From a virus (Duplodnaviria > Heunggongvirae > Uroviricota > Caudoviricetes): a DNA stretch of 32,428 nucleotides. Made by a program: the position numbers and the translations under genes. Below are positions 1-9,750 of this stretch, in pieces. Every line of letters starts with the position of its first letter. The stretch's first letter is position 1. The DNA lies in IMG/VR virus record IMGVR_UViG_2690316184_000005, positions 1-32,428 of that record. The stretch is one strand, 5' to 3'. The notes beneath the pieces were generated by a model. That model worked only from the letters and a program-made list of their open reading frames with translations, had not been told where the DNA came from and ran no database searches.

Positions 1-1158
1 ATGCTCACCGTTAAGCAGATTGAAGCAGCAAAGCCGAAAGAAAAACCATACCGCCTACTCGATGGTAATGGCCTGTACCTTTATGTCCCTGTATCAGGGA
101 AAAAGGTATGGCAGCTTCGCTACAAGATTGACGGTAAGGAGAAAATCCTGACTGTCGGAAAATATCCGCTTATGACTTTGCAGGAAGCAAGGGATAAGGC
201 ATGGACTGCGAGGAAAGACATCTCGGTTGGCATCGATCCGGTAAAGGCGAAAAAGGCTTCGTCTAACAACAATTCATTTAGTGCGATTTACAAGGAATGG
301 TACGAGCACAAGAAGCAAGTCTGGTCAGTAGGCTATGCAACTGAACTTGCCAAAATGTTTGATGACGACATTTTACCCATCATCGGCGGTCTTGAGATTC
401 AGGATATTGAGCCGATGCAACTGCTGGAAGTAATCCGCAGATTTGAAGATCGCGGTGCAATGGAGCGAGCCAACAAAGCCCGCAGAAGATGCGGCGAGGT
501 TTTTCGTTACGCTATTGTCACCGGAAGGGCTAAATATAACCCGGCACCTGACCTTGCAGACGCCATGAAAGGATACCGCAAGAAGAACTTCCCGTTCCTT
601 CCAGCAGACCAGATGCCTGCATTCAACAAAGCACTGGCAACATTTTCAGGAAGTATCGTATCGCTCATTGCGACAAAAGTTTTACGTTATACAGCCCTAA
701 GAACGAAAGAGCTTCGTTCCATGCTATGGAAGAACGTCGATTTTGAAAACAGGATTATCACCATCGACGCCAGTGTGATGAAGGGACGCAAAATTCATGT
801 GGTCCCGATGTCAGACCAGGTGGTTGAACTTCTCACTACGCTAAGCTCAATCACCAAACCAGTCTCAGAGTTTGTTTTTGCCGGGCGCAACGATAAGAAG
901 AAGCCAATCTGCGAGAACGCGGTATTGCTTGTGATCAAACAAATCGGCTATGAAGGTCTGGAAAGCGGTCACGGATTCAGGCATGAATTCAGCACGATTA
1001 TGAACGAGCACGAATGGCCTGCTGACGCTATTGAAGTGCAGCTGGCACATGCCAACGGTGGATCTGTGCGCGGTATTTACAACCATGCTCAGTATCTCGA
1101 TAAGCGCAGAGAAATGATGCAGTGGTGGGCGGATTGGCTTGATGAAAAGGAGGGGTAG
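1..1158 (+). CDS. int: Tyrosine recombinase / phage integrase (P4-family-like); ATG lies exactly at the window edge
   Basis: 385-aa ORF; N-terminal 'KPYRLLDGNGLYLYV...KVWQLRYKIDGKEK' arm-binding-type domain and C-terminal 'GHGFRHEF...SVRGIYNHAQY' catalytic motif (His/Arg...Tyr) typical of tyrosine integrases. Confidence 0.9.
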   Translation: MLTVKQIEAAKPKEKPYRLLDGNGLYLYVPVSGKKVWQLRYKIDGKEKILTVGKYPLMTLQEARDKAWTARKDISVGIDPVKAKKASSNNNSFSAIYKEWYEHKKQVWSVGYATELAKMFDDDILPIIGGLEIQDIEPMQLLEVIRRFEDRGAMERANKARRRCGEVFRYAIVTGRAKYNPAPDLADAMKGYRKKNFPFLPADQMPAFNKALATFSGSIVSLIATKVLRYTALRTKELRSMLWKNVDFENRIITIDASVMKGRKIHVVPMSDQVVELLTTLSSITKPVSEFVFAGRNDKKKPICENAVLLVIKQIGYEGLESGHGFRHEFSTIMNEHEWPADAIEVQLAHANGGSVRGIYNHAQYLDKRREMMQWWADWLDEKEG

Positions 1159-1302
1159 TGCCACCTACATCACTGCATGCATACACAGTAGTCTTAAGGC
1201 GCATTCAGATCAACTGTCATTTACTATGATTAACCTTAATCTTGCAAAATGTTGAGGTTTTTCTTAATCTTTACACCTATTCACATTTCTGGCGAGCATA
1301 GA

Positions 1303-1854
1303 ATGATAAGCAGCAAGGAAGATTACAAGTCATACCTTCTCCTTGACGAAAAGGCTATGAGGCTTCAGGGGTCAAGGTTAAAAAATATAATATTCAACGA
1401 TATATGGAGATTCCTTAGATTGCTAAGGAGGTTGGAGTATCTTACTAATTGCAAAGGAAATAAAGTTTTAATTCTGATTACAAGACTTAGGTTACGCAAA
1501 ATTCAAATGAAACTTGGATTTTCAATACCTATCAATACCTTTGGTCCAGGGTTATCAATACCACATTATGGTAACATAGTTGTTAACGCAGGAGCCAGGA
1601 TAGGTGCAAATTGCCGAATTCATGTAGGTACGAATATTGGCACATCAGCTGGAGCAGGACTTGAATCCCCTGTAATTGGTGATAATTGCTACATTGGTCC
1701 TGGAGCAAAAATTTACGGAAAGATAGTTATAGGTGACAATTGTGCAATAGGCGCGAATGCAGTCGTTAACAAAGATTTTAAAGATGGAAATTGCACTATT
1801 GCTGGCGTCCCTGCCAAGATAACATCATATAAAACATCAAAAGGTTATATATAA
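1303..1854 (+). CDS. Hexapeptide-repeat (left-handed beta-helix) acetyltransferase, serine-acetyltransferase/WbbJ-like; candidate lysogenic-conversion enzyme
   Basis: Tandem hexapeptide repeats visible: 'VNAGARIGANCRIHVGTNIGTSAGAGLESPVIGDNCYIGPGAKIYGKIVIGDNCAIGANAVV'; visibly AT-rich. Start uncertain (ATG at 1249, 1303 or later; 1303 has a weak GAG RBS). Confidence 0.7.
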   Translation: MISSKEDYKSYLLLDEKAMRLQGSRLKNIIFNDIWRFLRLLRRLEYLTNCKGNKVLILITRLRLRKIQMKLGFSIPINTFGPGLSIPHYGNIVVNAGARIGANCRIHVGTNIGTSAGAGLESPVIGDNCYIGPGAKIYGKIVIGDNCAIGANAVVNKDFKDGNCTIAGVPAKITSYKTSKGYI

Positions 1855-3921
1855 TTATCGATAGAAAACAGTTTTCAGTCCTGTGTTAGTCCCAACAGAG
1901 GTAATCCCTCTGTAAAGGCCGACATTACTGTTGGTTGTGCTATCAACCCTAACGATTCCATCAATGTTATTTATAAGTGAATTTGTGGTTTGTACAGCGT
2001 TGACAGCATAAGATTTACTTTGTGCTGATATATTTGATGCAACTAAAGTACCAGTTGTCATTGATACACCAACGCTTGACGAACCACTCTCAAAAACTGA
2101 ATTTTTAACAATAGCTTTTGCAACCCCACCAGAAATGTTTATATCTGCTCCGTTAAATGCCTGACTGATTCTCTTGACGTCTGACACGCTGATCAGAGAT
2201 ATACGTCCACCTGATAATATATCAAAGAAGAATGAAGACCTTGTGGGATTTGAACTTGATACTGAAATATCACTTAAGTAAACATTACCAATATTAAATC
2301 CGTATCTGATTTCTAACAAAATCGCCCCGTCATAACCTTGCCCATATATGCCATTAATATTTACATACGGTGTTGTGTTATTAACTGCCCGAATTGCGAC
2401 TATGTATCTTGATCCTTCAGAGTGAATGTTATTCGCGTTTACCTGCCCGGAAGTTATCTGTAGACCTGCGCTTAGCTCATAGGTTGCTGTCGTCTTAAGA
2501 TAAACATCACTGATAGTATTGAACCCATCAGATGAATCAACACCATTGCCAATCCTTCCTCGCCCACTAACACCACGAACAACACAGGAACTACCATAAA
2601 CACTAACACAACTATACATAGGGTTAGTTGCTGAGGCGTCATCACAAACCGCAAATACATTTGTTACTGTAACATCATTGGCCTGAACTTTGACTGCTCG
2701 CTTAAGTGCATTGTAAGTATAAACGCCATCAACCTTTATTTTCTTCCCGCTGAGCATATTTGATGATGAGTTGTAAATCTGAATAACAACACCATCAGCA
2801 TCTTCCCAAGGGTTTAGCTTGTAAATCCTTACGTTACTTATAACTCCACTTGATACCTCATCATCATTTGATGGTACTGGATCAAGTGCCGTTCCTACAA
2901 GAATCCCTCGACATGGCCCAATTACATCAACCTGAATACCATTTCCAATGGTGGTAATATTATGTATTGATATGTTATCAACGACAAAATTCAATACAGA
3001 ATTTGCATCTATGAAAATACCATAAGTTAGTTGAGAACCATTACTATCAAAAACATCAACATTCTTAACTACTGGATTAACAGCCCCTGTTTTGATATGA
3101 ACAGGCCTTCTAATTGCCATCATATTGCAGTTAACTTTAATATTGTTAAGCATGCATGAGTTTACTGTTATAAATGATCCTTCATCTCCGATAGCAACAA
3201 TTTCACCATTAATCAAATCTTTCGTAATATTAATGGTGCTGGCTTTAACTGTAGTTCCGTTAAGGTCCACATTCAATCCGTGCGCCATAATAGATTCAAT
3301 TGAATATTTCGCATCAGCACTCGTATCGATATACTGAGATGGCCAAACCAGTGTGTTATGAGGTGAAGAGTATTTATAAGATAGGCCATTCCTTGTTAAA
3401 TATAACTGTGATGCTGATACCGAAAACCCATCGGCAAGACCTGTAATTCCCGGAGCATATTCGTAAATCTCACCTGAGGATGTGGTGATTTTAAAACCAA
3501 CATTTGGATCTGAATCCATGGCACCATGTAATGCCCCATTTACTAAATTAACCCCACCAACACCATCTAACTCCTGTCTTAGTTGGTCAGGGTCATACTT
3601 CAGCACATTAGGAAAATAGAACTGCTGCGCACCATACGCATCATATACAGCCATAGAATGGCCTTGCACAGTTACGAACTTGGCAATCTGCCCGTTATAT
3701 ACCGGGTAACCAGCAGCGTTAATGATGATTGGTTGCGAAACAGGAATGTGAGAACCGTCTTCGTTTTCCACATAAACCTGAATCTGGTTTTCAGGATTTA
3801 CCGGATCAGTGTCAATTTTACCGATATAAATTTTGCCATTGGCAACCGCTTTAAAAGAACGCGCCATAGTGAAGAGTTGCGAAGGCATGCTTACCACAAC
3901 ATTTGCGGTGATATCTGACAT
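1855..3921 (-). CDS. Tailspike protein: P22 gp9-type N-terminal head-binding domain fused to a divergent C-terminal receptor-binding/enzymatic domain
   Basis: N-terminus '[58 protein letters not shown]...[14 protein letters not shown]' matches my recollection of the P22 tailspike N-terminal domain; the rest does not resemble the P22 endorhamnosidase. Start at ATG 3921 (GGAG upstream), not track start 3969. Confidence 0.9.
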   Translation of the reverse strand: MSDITANVVVSMPSQLFTMARSFKAVANGKIYIGKIDTDPVNPENQIQVYVENEDGSHIPVSQPIIINAAGYPVYNGQIAKFVTVQGHSMAVYDAYGAQQFYFPNVLKYDPDQLRQELDGVGGVNLVNGALHGAMDSDPNVGFKITTSSGEIYEYAPGITGLADGFSVSASQLYLTRNGLSYKYSSPHNTLVWPSQYIDTSADAKYSIESIMAHGLNVDLNGTTVKASTINITKDLINGEIVAIGDEGSFITVNSCMLNNIKVNCNMMAIRRPVHIKTGAVNPVVKNVDVFDSNGSQLTYGIFIDANSVLNFVVDNISIHNITTIGNGIQVDVIGPCRGILVGTALDPVPSNDDEVSSGVISNVRIYKLNPWEDADGVVIQIYNSSSNMLSGKKIKVDGVYTYNALKRAVKVQANDVTVTNVFAVCDDASATNPMYSCVSVYGSSCVVRGVSGRGRIGNGVDSSDGFNTISDVYLKTTATYELSAGLQITSGQVNANNIHSEGSRYIVAIRAVNNTTPYVNINGIYGQGYDGAILLEIRYGFNIGNVYLSDISVSSSNPTRSSFFFDILSGGRISLISVSDVKRISQAFNGADINISGGVAKAIVKNSVFESGSSSVGVSMTTGTLVASNISAQSKSYAVNAVQTTNSLINNIDGIVRVDSTTNSNVGLYRGITSVGTNTGLKTVFYR

Positions 3922-4042
3922 TTCATTGCTCCAGACGAATGATATGATGCAACCATGATGTGATTGCATACAGAAATGGTACTATTGAGTATTTATCCAG
4001 TAGGTTACGATGCCATTCCACCCAACTGGTGAGGCATCAAGG

Positions 4043-4309
4043 ATGTACAGCAAATACGACGAGGCGCAGTTTCACTTGAGACTTCCGCATGAACTCCACG
4101 CGAAAATTAAGCAGCGTGCGAAGATGAATAACAGATCGCTGAACTCAGAGATAATTGCAGCGATTGAAGAATCATTGGATAAACAAAACTCTGCATCTGT
4201 TTACATTGACGATGCAGAGCGTATGGCAGAACAACAATCTGAGATGGTTAAGAAAATTGTCTTTGATACGCTTAAGACCATGTATAGCAATAATAAAAAG
4301 GAAACATAG
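4043..4309 (+). CDS. mnt: Mnt-like ribbon-helix-helix repressor (Arc/MetJ fold)
   Basis: 'FHLRLPHELHAKIKQRAKMNNRSLNSEIIAAIEESL...DDAERMAEQQSEMVKKIVFDTLK' parallels P22 Mnt ('FNFRMPMEVREKLKFRAEANGRSMNSELLQIVQDAL...NDAERLADEQSELVKKMVFDTLK' as recalled). Start chosen at ATG 4043 (GGTGAGG RBS 8 nt upstream); track start 4010 also possible. Confidence 0.7.
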   Translation: MYSKYDEAQFHLRLPHELHAKIKQRAKMNNRSLNSEIIAAIEESLDKQNSASVYIDDAERMAEQQSEMVKKIVFDTLKTMYSNNKKET

Positions 4310-4379
4310 AAATCTAGTTTCCGGCTAAAATGGCATTTCCTTCATGATATCCTGTGAAAAACTAAGGAGAGTTAGCCAT

Positions 4380-4865
4380 ATGAAAAAATCACTGTTAATT
4401 ATCCCGCTTCTGCTGGTTGGATGCGCAAAAGTAAGTGACTATCAAGCAAGTTGCGAACAACGCTATCAAAAGCTTAGCGATATGGCTAATTGCCTTGATA
4501 CCAGTGTGAAGAACGACTCACGCATGGCATCAGCACCAACACCTAAGCTGTATGTCCTTGCTGCAAAGATGCTCGGGCAAGGTGTCGATGAAGGCAAGAT
4601 AAGTGACGCACAGGCAAGACTTGAGCTTCAGAATCTTTATGTTCAATTACAAAGCCAAGAACAAGCCCAACAAATAGCACAAAGCCAAGCATTCCAGCAG
4701 GCTTTATTGAATTATCAGGCTGTAAACACAATGCAAGCGATCGAGCAAAAAGCGCGCCAGCCTGTTATAACTCAACCTTACCCAACACGCGTTGACACAT
4801 ATACAAACTGCAATTCAGGATTTGGAAACACGGTAACATGCAACAGTAGCAGTAACATCAGATAA
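4380..4865 (+). CDS. Predicted lipoprotein with Gln-rich coiled-coil-like region; function unknown (candidate superinfection-exclusion/moron protein)
   Basis: Signal peptide plus lipobox 'MKKSLLIIPLLLVGC'; AAGGAGA RBS 9 nt upstream of ATG 4380; same strand and immediately downstream of mnt. Confidence 0.65.
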   Translation: MKKSLLIIPLLLVGCAKVSDYQASCEQRYQKLSDMANCLDTSVKNDSRMASAPTPKLYVLAAKMLGQGVDEGKISDAQARLELQNLYVQLQSQEQAQQIAQSQAFQQALLNYQAVNTMQAIEQKARQPVITQPYPTRVDTYTNCNSGFGNTVTCNSSSNIR

Positions 4866-4955
4866 CAATCAGCAAAGGTATCGCCTATGCAGAGGGATAC
4901 GATAAACCTCGCGTTCTACATATTTGGTTTTTGCACGTTCCTGGTGTTTGAAAGG

Positions 4956-7235
4956 CTATTCTGACAACGAATCAGACTTCGCACCCTGCGTCAGTGCATT
5001 AATCGCTTTTTGCGCTTGCTGCATGGCTTTCTCAAACGCTGTCGATCCGCGTGGGGTGTTTGCCATTCGGAGCATTGCATTTCTGAATGGCTCGCTCTCA
5101 TAGGCGCGAGTAAGAAGTCCGTAGCTTACTGCTGCGCCAGTTGTCGCCGGGTTCATTGCCGTCCCATATCCGATAATGAACGGGATGGTTTGCTGCCCTG
5201 TTGGTGTTGTTACTGCCGCTTTTGCTGCCTGCTGAGTGGACTGAAGGTAGTTTTTCAATCCTTTCAGATAAGCGGCTTCCTGACCTTTAAATGTGATGCC
5301 AGTCTGGTTTTGCAGGATGTTAAGCTGTCGAAGGAACTGGTCAGGGGAACCACCTGATTTCTCCATCGCCTTTCCAATGATGCCATTGCGCATTTGCGCC
5401 CTGCCAACACGACCAACTGAGTTATACAGCGTCTTAATTTCCGATTTGTTCTTGCTGAATAGCATGTTGTTGACAACTTCCGGCGTCAGGTCGCCTTTCA
5501 TGAGAACATTCTTCAGCCTGGTATTCTTTAGTTTCGCCGCTTCGTCAGCGTAGACGGCATTGGCCTGCTGATATTTACGGAGAGTATCGTTGCCAAGATT
5601 CTGACCAATGGCACCATTGATATCGTCTGTCATCGCCTTGTAAACGCGCTGAATGGCGGCATCGGAACGGTTTGGTAACACTGGTCGCTCACCCTTCACG
5701 TCCATTCTGAACTGGCTGCGCAGATCGCTTAATTGCTTCAAATCCAGATTTACCGGACCATCAGGACCAGCATTGCGAACAAGCTCATCACGATAGGACT
5801 GAAGTTTTGAAATAGTCTCGTTATCGGCGACCTTACCAAGCTTCTGCAGGTTAGATATTTCTGTATCAATCTGCTGAATTGCTCGAGCAGGCTGGATATT
5901 GACTCCCGCCATTGCATTCTGAACCTGCTCAAGACGGTTCCCTGCAGCACGACGAATTCCTGATGTTTTCGCTTTAAGGCTGTCAATAACAACAGCTGGA
6001 TCATACTCACCGAATTTATCAGCAAATCTCTGCACCAACTGGCTTCTCGCTTCCTGTTGCGTTGCTCTCATCCCGCTTGTGCCAGCCAGGGGGATATTTT
6101 CCGCTGTCGTCTGCGCCATTTTCCCGACGCGGGAAGTAGGCTGTAACAGGTCTGTGGTGTGCAGAGGAACTCCTTCACGCTCTGCAAATCTGATAGCCTG
6201 CTGCGCTTCTGGCGCAATAGCACCACGAACGCCACGATAAGCAGCACCTAATCCACGTCCGGCAGCGTTAATAGCACCGCCAGCCAGCACACCAACGCCT
6301 AAATCGGTGGCGAGGGCTTCCGCATCATCTTTCGCACTATTTGCAGCAAGTGATCCAACTGCGTTTTCTGCGAGAAGTCGTGTTGCACCCTGAGCAATTC
6401 GACCAGCAAGTGTTGGTGCCTGTACCGCCGCTCTCTCAACGCCAGCAGGAGTGAGGTAAGGCAATGCTTCAGCAAACACCCTGCCCTCTGTCGTTTGTGG
6501 AGTCAGCGCGCCTTGCTGAAGGCCAAAGTCCTGCTCTAATCCCTGCGTTGTTACTCGTGGCGCTGGTTGATATGTACCATCGCCAATGCCGAGTTTACCG
6601 CCAGCCCATGCAGCCGCACTTGTTACAGCATCGGCAACTGATGCAGGTATGTTTGCCACGTTCACGCCAGCCTGCACCAGTCCGCGACCAGTTTCAGCCG
6701 CGGCATTGCCAAGGTCGGAAATGAAACCTCCTTGCTGCTGTGGCGCTGCCTGTGTACTTTGCTGTACAGGCTGTTGTGTAGCTTGATTCTTCCTAGGGAG
6801 GTATTCATCAGCTTGCTGGTTGTGCAGACTCTCCGCATATGCAGTGGCATCGTCAGGATTGTCGAACATACCAAGATGCTTTCCCGTCCTCATGAAGTTA
6901 TCAATAGCTTCATCATCAGACATAATGCGACCATCATCACTAACGGTAGGAATCAGCACCTCTCTACCATCTATATTGGTAGACATGCTCCGCACAGTGC
7001 TAATGCTGCCATCAGAGTTTTTAACAACAGGCCGATTGTGAATGTCAATATTACCCTTCTCTAGCAGACCTCTAGGGTAAGCAGAGTAAAACGCTTGTTT
7101 TGCCTGCTCTGCATTTTCTCCGGCTTGCGGGGCCACGACTTCATTGAAGTATTGTTCCTGAGCCTGCGCTTTTTGTTCTGGTGCTAACGCCTGATACTGT
7201 GGAGAAGCGATAACATCTTTCCATGCTTTAGCCAT
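4956..7235 (-). CDS. Ejection (internal virion) protein, gp16 position of P22-like phages
   Basis: Synteny: last gene of the gp14-gp7-gp20-gp16 block; start overlaps upstream stop (TAATG); 759 aa with Ala/Gln-rich low-complexity stretches. Confidence 0.65.
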   Translation of the reverse strand: MAKAWKDVIASPQYQALAPEQKAQAQEQYFNEVVAPQAGENAEQAKQAFYSAYPRGLLEKGNIDIHNRPVVKNSDGSISTVRSMSTNIDGREVLIPTVSDDGRIMSDDEAIDNFMRTGKHLGMFDNPDDATAYAESLHNQQADEYLPRKNQATQQPVQQSTQAAPQQQGGFISDLGNAAAETGRGLVQAGVNVANIPASVADAVTSAAAWAGGKLGIGDGTYQPAPRVTTQGLEQDFGLQQGALTPQTTEGRVFAEALPYLTPAGVERAAVQAPTLAGRIAQGATRLLAENAVGSLAANSAKDDAEALATDLGVGVLAGGAINAAGRGLGAAYRGVRGAIAPEAQQAIRFAEREGVPLHTTDLLQPTSRVGKMAQTTAENIPLAGTSGMRATQQEARSQLVQRFADKFGEYDPAVVIDSLKAKTSGIRRAAGNRLEQVQNAMAGVNIQPARAIQQIDTEISNLQKLGKVADNETISKLQSYRDELVRNAGPDGPVNLDLKQLSDLRSQFRMDVKGERPVLPNRSDAAIQRVYKAMTDDINGAIGQNLGNDTLRKYQQANAVYADEAAKLKNTRLKNVLMKGDLTPEVVNNMLFSKNKSEIKTLYNSVGRVGRAQMRNGIIGKAMEKSGGSPDQFLRQLNILQNQTGITFKGQEAAYLKGLKNYLQSTQQAAKAAVTTPTGQQTIPFIIGYGTAMNPATTGAAVSYGLLTRAYESEPFRNAMLRMANTPRGSTAFEKAMQQAQKAINALTQGAKSDSLSE

Positions 7236-8590
7236 TAATCACCCCATAGTGAAGAAAAGTTACTGCTGGTTGCTGGCTGTGATACCTGTGCAGGTTGAGA
7301 TTGCTGCCGCTGTGATTTTCCAACATTAACGTTATATTGTTGGTTGTAATTGTTGGTGTATTCCTGAATCTCACGAATCGACTGCTGCATAGCCTCCGGG
7401 CTTGAATAGTCAACCTGCGGCATCCCCTGAAAATACATCTTCGCTTCTGCAACGGTGTTAATACCACTGGCACCCATGTCCCTTGCTGCCGCCACACCCT
7501 GATTCTGCATTCTGCCCTGAATACGTTGTGCTGAGTTATATAACTGGCGCTGCTCTTTTCCTGTTAATCGGCTGCGAACATCAGCACCAATTGCTGGATT
7601 ACCTGCACCGCCTGTCATTCCTGTCATGAAATCGAGAGCAGAAGCGTCTGCATTTGCGATCGCGTCGATATCCTTCTTCATGGCATAGTTTTGTGCTGAT
7701 GCAGACGATGTTGCAGGCGCTGCGATTGAACTGGCAGGAACGCGAACCATATTCCCCTCGTTGTCGATGCCTTCGTAGAACGCATTAGCCCCAGCGCCGT
7801 GAAGCTTCCCGCCTACCGTTACAGTTCTGCCATCTGATAACTGAACTGTACGCTCATTATTCCCAACCGACCCTTTCATTGATGCTCTCTGCATCGATAA
7901 ATCCTGACCGCGCATCGTGATATTCTGACCACGTGCTGTTAGCGCCTCTCCAGCCTGATTGCTGCGGATTGTCTCTGCCAGCCTGCCTCGGTCAATTTCA
8001 CGACCAGCCATCTTATCCTGAACATTGAAGTAATCAATCGGACCGAGAGCAGCCATCCCAAGGTGATCAACAAACTCACCAAATCCTGAAGGGTTCTGCT
8101 GATACATTTGAGCAACGCTGTTAGGGTCAACACCGACGCGAGTCAGTTCCTTGGCGTTGTTTTGCAGCCATGATTGCATTGCTTCTGGAGACGATGACGC
8201 AAGGCGTGCGCCAGCCGCTAAGGTGCCGATAGAATTACGCTGATCTTCATCAATGAATCCCATGCCTTTACGAACGGATTCAATCTGGTCTGGATATTGA
8301 GTAGCCAACTGACGCAAAGCACCGCGATCACCAGACGCATAAGCATTAGCGTACGCCTGCTGAAATTCTTTCTGCCGCTGAGCCTGCTTTTCCTGCTGAA
8401 ACACCCCTGCAATACCTGAAAGGCCTTGCAAAGCAGTCAGCCCAACATTGTTAGCGCCTGAACGCTCAATATCATTGTTCTGCCTGATAAGCTGAAGCGT
8501 ATTGCCGATGTCATTTACGCTCGGAGCGTTTGAGTTGACGCCGCCGATACCAGCCAACAATCCGCCGTTTGTTCCTTGCCAAGTAGCCAT
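7235..8590 (-). CDS. Ejection protein, gp20-like
   Basis: Synteny and size (451 aa vs about 471 in P22 as recalled); AGGGG RBS; translationally coupled to neighbours. Confidence 0.7.
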   Translation of the reverse strand: MATWQGTNGGLLAGIGGVNSNAPSVNDIGNTLQLIRQNNDIERSGANNVGLTALQGLSGIAGVFQQEKQAQRQKEFQQAYANAYASGDRGALRQLATQYPDQIESVRKGMGFIDEDQRNSIGTLAAGARLASSSPEAMQSWLQNNAKELTRVGVDPNSVAQMYQQNPSGFGEFVDHLGMAALGPIDYFNVQDKMAGREIDRGRLAETIRSNQAGEALTARGQNITMRGQDLSMQRASMKGSVGNNERTVQLSDGRTVTVGGKLHGAGANAFYEGIDNEGNMVRVPASSIAAPATSSASAQNYAMKKDIDAIANADASALDFMTGMTGGAGNPAIGADVRSRLTGKEQRQLYNSAQRIQGRMQNQGVAAARDMGASGINTVAEAKMYFQGMPQVDYSSPEAMQQSIREIQEYTNNYNQQYNVNVGKSQRQQSQPAQVSQPATSSNFSSLWGD

Positions 8591-8599
8591 GATTACCCC

Positions 8600-9292
8600 T
8601 TAAAACAACGAGCCAAGCAATCCGATACCAGCACCAATGCCAGCGCCCCAAGGCGTTGATGTTCCCAAAAGGCTGGCAAGACCTGCACCGGCAATCGCAC
8701 CAGACGTGCCACCGCTAATTGCAGTCTGAAGACTTGATGGTTTATTGGCATTAGCAGCGGCAAGTGCTGCGCTTTGCTGTGCAATGCTGCTCATGTTGTT
8801 GGCGTATGTCTGCCCAGCGTTTGCCTGACCTTGCAGCGCACCAAGCCCAACGTTTGCCAGATTGTTGTAATTGCTCATCTGATTTGATAACCAAGACTGA
8901 CCGAGTGTCGGCGCGATCGTAGCCAGTTGATTGCTTGTGGCTGTCGAACCAAGTCCACCCGTCGCCTCCGCAGCAGCAAGACTCTGGTAACGAGCCTGAC
9001 CTGCAAGGTCTTTATACTGCTGAGAATTGTAATACTGATTAAGTGCCTGCCCCTGACCTTCTAAACTGGAAAGGTTCTGAAGCTGGTTAACATACTGCTC
9101 CGCAAGAGGCGTGAACGGAGCAAGGTTTTTCATGATCGTCTGCCACTGCTGATTTTGCAGATCTGCAGCATACTTCTGAGCTTCTGCTGCATACTTTGCG
9201 CTTTTATCAGAACTGCCACCTTTCCCGCCTTTTTCAGGGCAATAAGGTTCCTCGCCGCGCAGTTTTCTGCCCAGCTTAAATGCATATAACAT
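8600..9292 (-). CDS. Ejection protein, gp7-like (Gly/Ala-rich C-terminus)
   Basis: 230 aa, position between gp14-like and gp20-like; N-terminus 'MLYAFKLGRKLRGEEPY'. Confidence 0.7.
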   Translation of the reverse strand: MLYAFKLGRKLRGEEPYCPEKGGKGGSSDKSAKYAAEAQKYAADLQNQQWQTIMKNLAPFTPLAEQYVNQLQNLSSLEGQGQALNQYYNSQQYKDLAGQARYQSLAAAEATGGLGSTATSNQLATIAPTLGQSWLSNQMSNYNNLANVGLGALQGQANAGQTYANNMSSIAQQSAALAAANANKPSSLQTAISGGTSGAIAGAGLASLLGTSTPWGAGIGAGIGLLGSLF

Positions 9293-9294
9293 GG

Positions 9295-9750
9295 CTATCT
9301 CCCGTGATTCAGGAAGTCGATTAGTTCTTCGCGTGTGGCGCTGTAAAAAGTCACGTCATCCACGCCTTTGAAGTATTTCTTGATGGTTCCTACACGCTTA
9401 AGGCCAATCATTGCGCAGTAAATCTGCCCGTGGCGGAATTTGCGTGCGGCGAACGATGTGACGCACTGAACGGTGGTGTTAGTCAGAATGTATCGCCAGA
9501 ACTCCAGTCCGATTTCCTTGCTGAATCCACGAACCTCTGGCAGGTACATGGCGTGGCAATCGAATGTAAGCGGCTGAATTTCCTGATAGTAAACAATGCC
9601 GCCGAACTGCCCGTGCACGTTCACCTCAAAGTAACGGCAATCAGGTTTGTAGTCGTATCCATCACCGTTGTTGCTCCCGGCGATAATGTCGGGGTGATTT
9701 CCCACGGCTTCTATCAGGTCGATGTTTCGCGTTGGTTTGAATGTAATCAT
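9295..9750 (-). CDS. gp14-like virion assembly/ejection-associated protein
   Basis: Synteny directly downstream of tail needle; 151 aa. Confidence 0.6.
   Translation of the reverse strand: MITFKPTRNIDLIEAVGNHPDIIAGSNNGDGYDYKPDCRYFEVNVHGQFGGIVYYQEIQPLTFDCHAMYLPEVRGFSKEIGLEFWRYILTNTTVQCVTSFAARKFRHGQIYCAMIGLKRVGTIKKYFKGVDDVTFYSATREELIDFLNHGR

Noticed and set aside
865-1164. 99-aa minus-strand ORF inside the integrase gene
   Set aside because: Entirely antisense to a well-supported integrase CDS with no RBS or coding features; treated as a chance ORF.
4010-4042. Upstream ATG start giving a 99-aa Mnt
   Set aside because: ATG 4043 has the better RBS (GGTGAGG, 8 nt) and gives a length closer to P22 Mnt; not firmly excluded.
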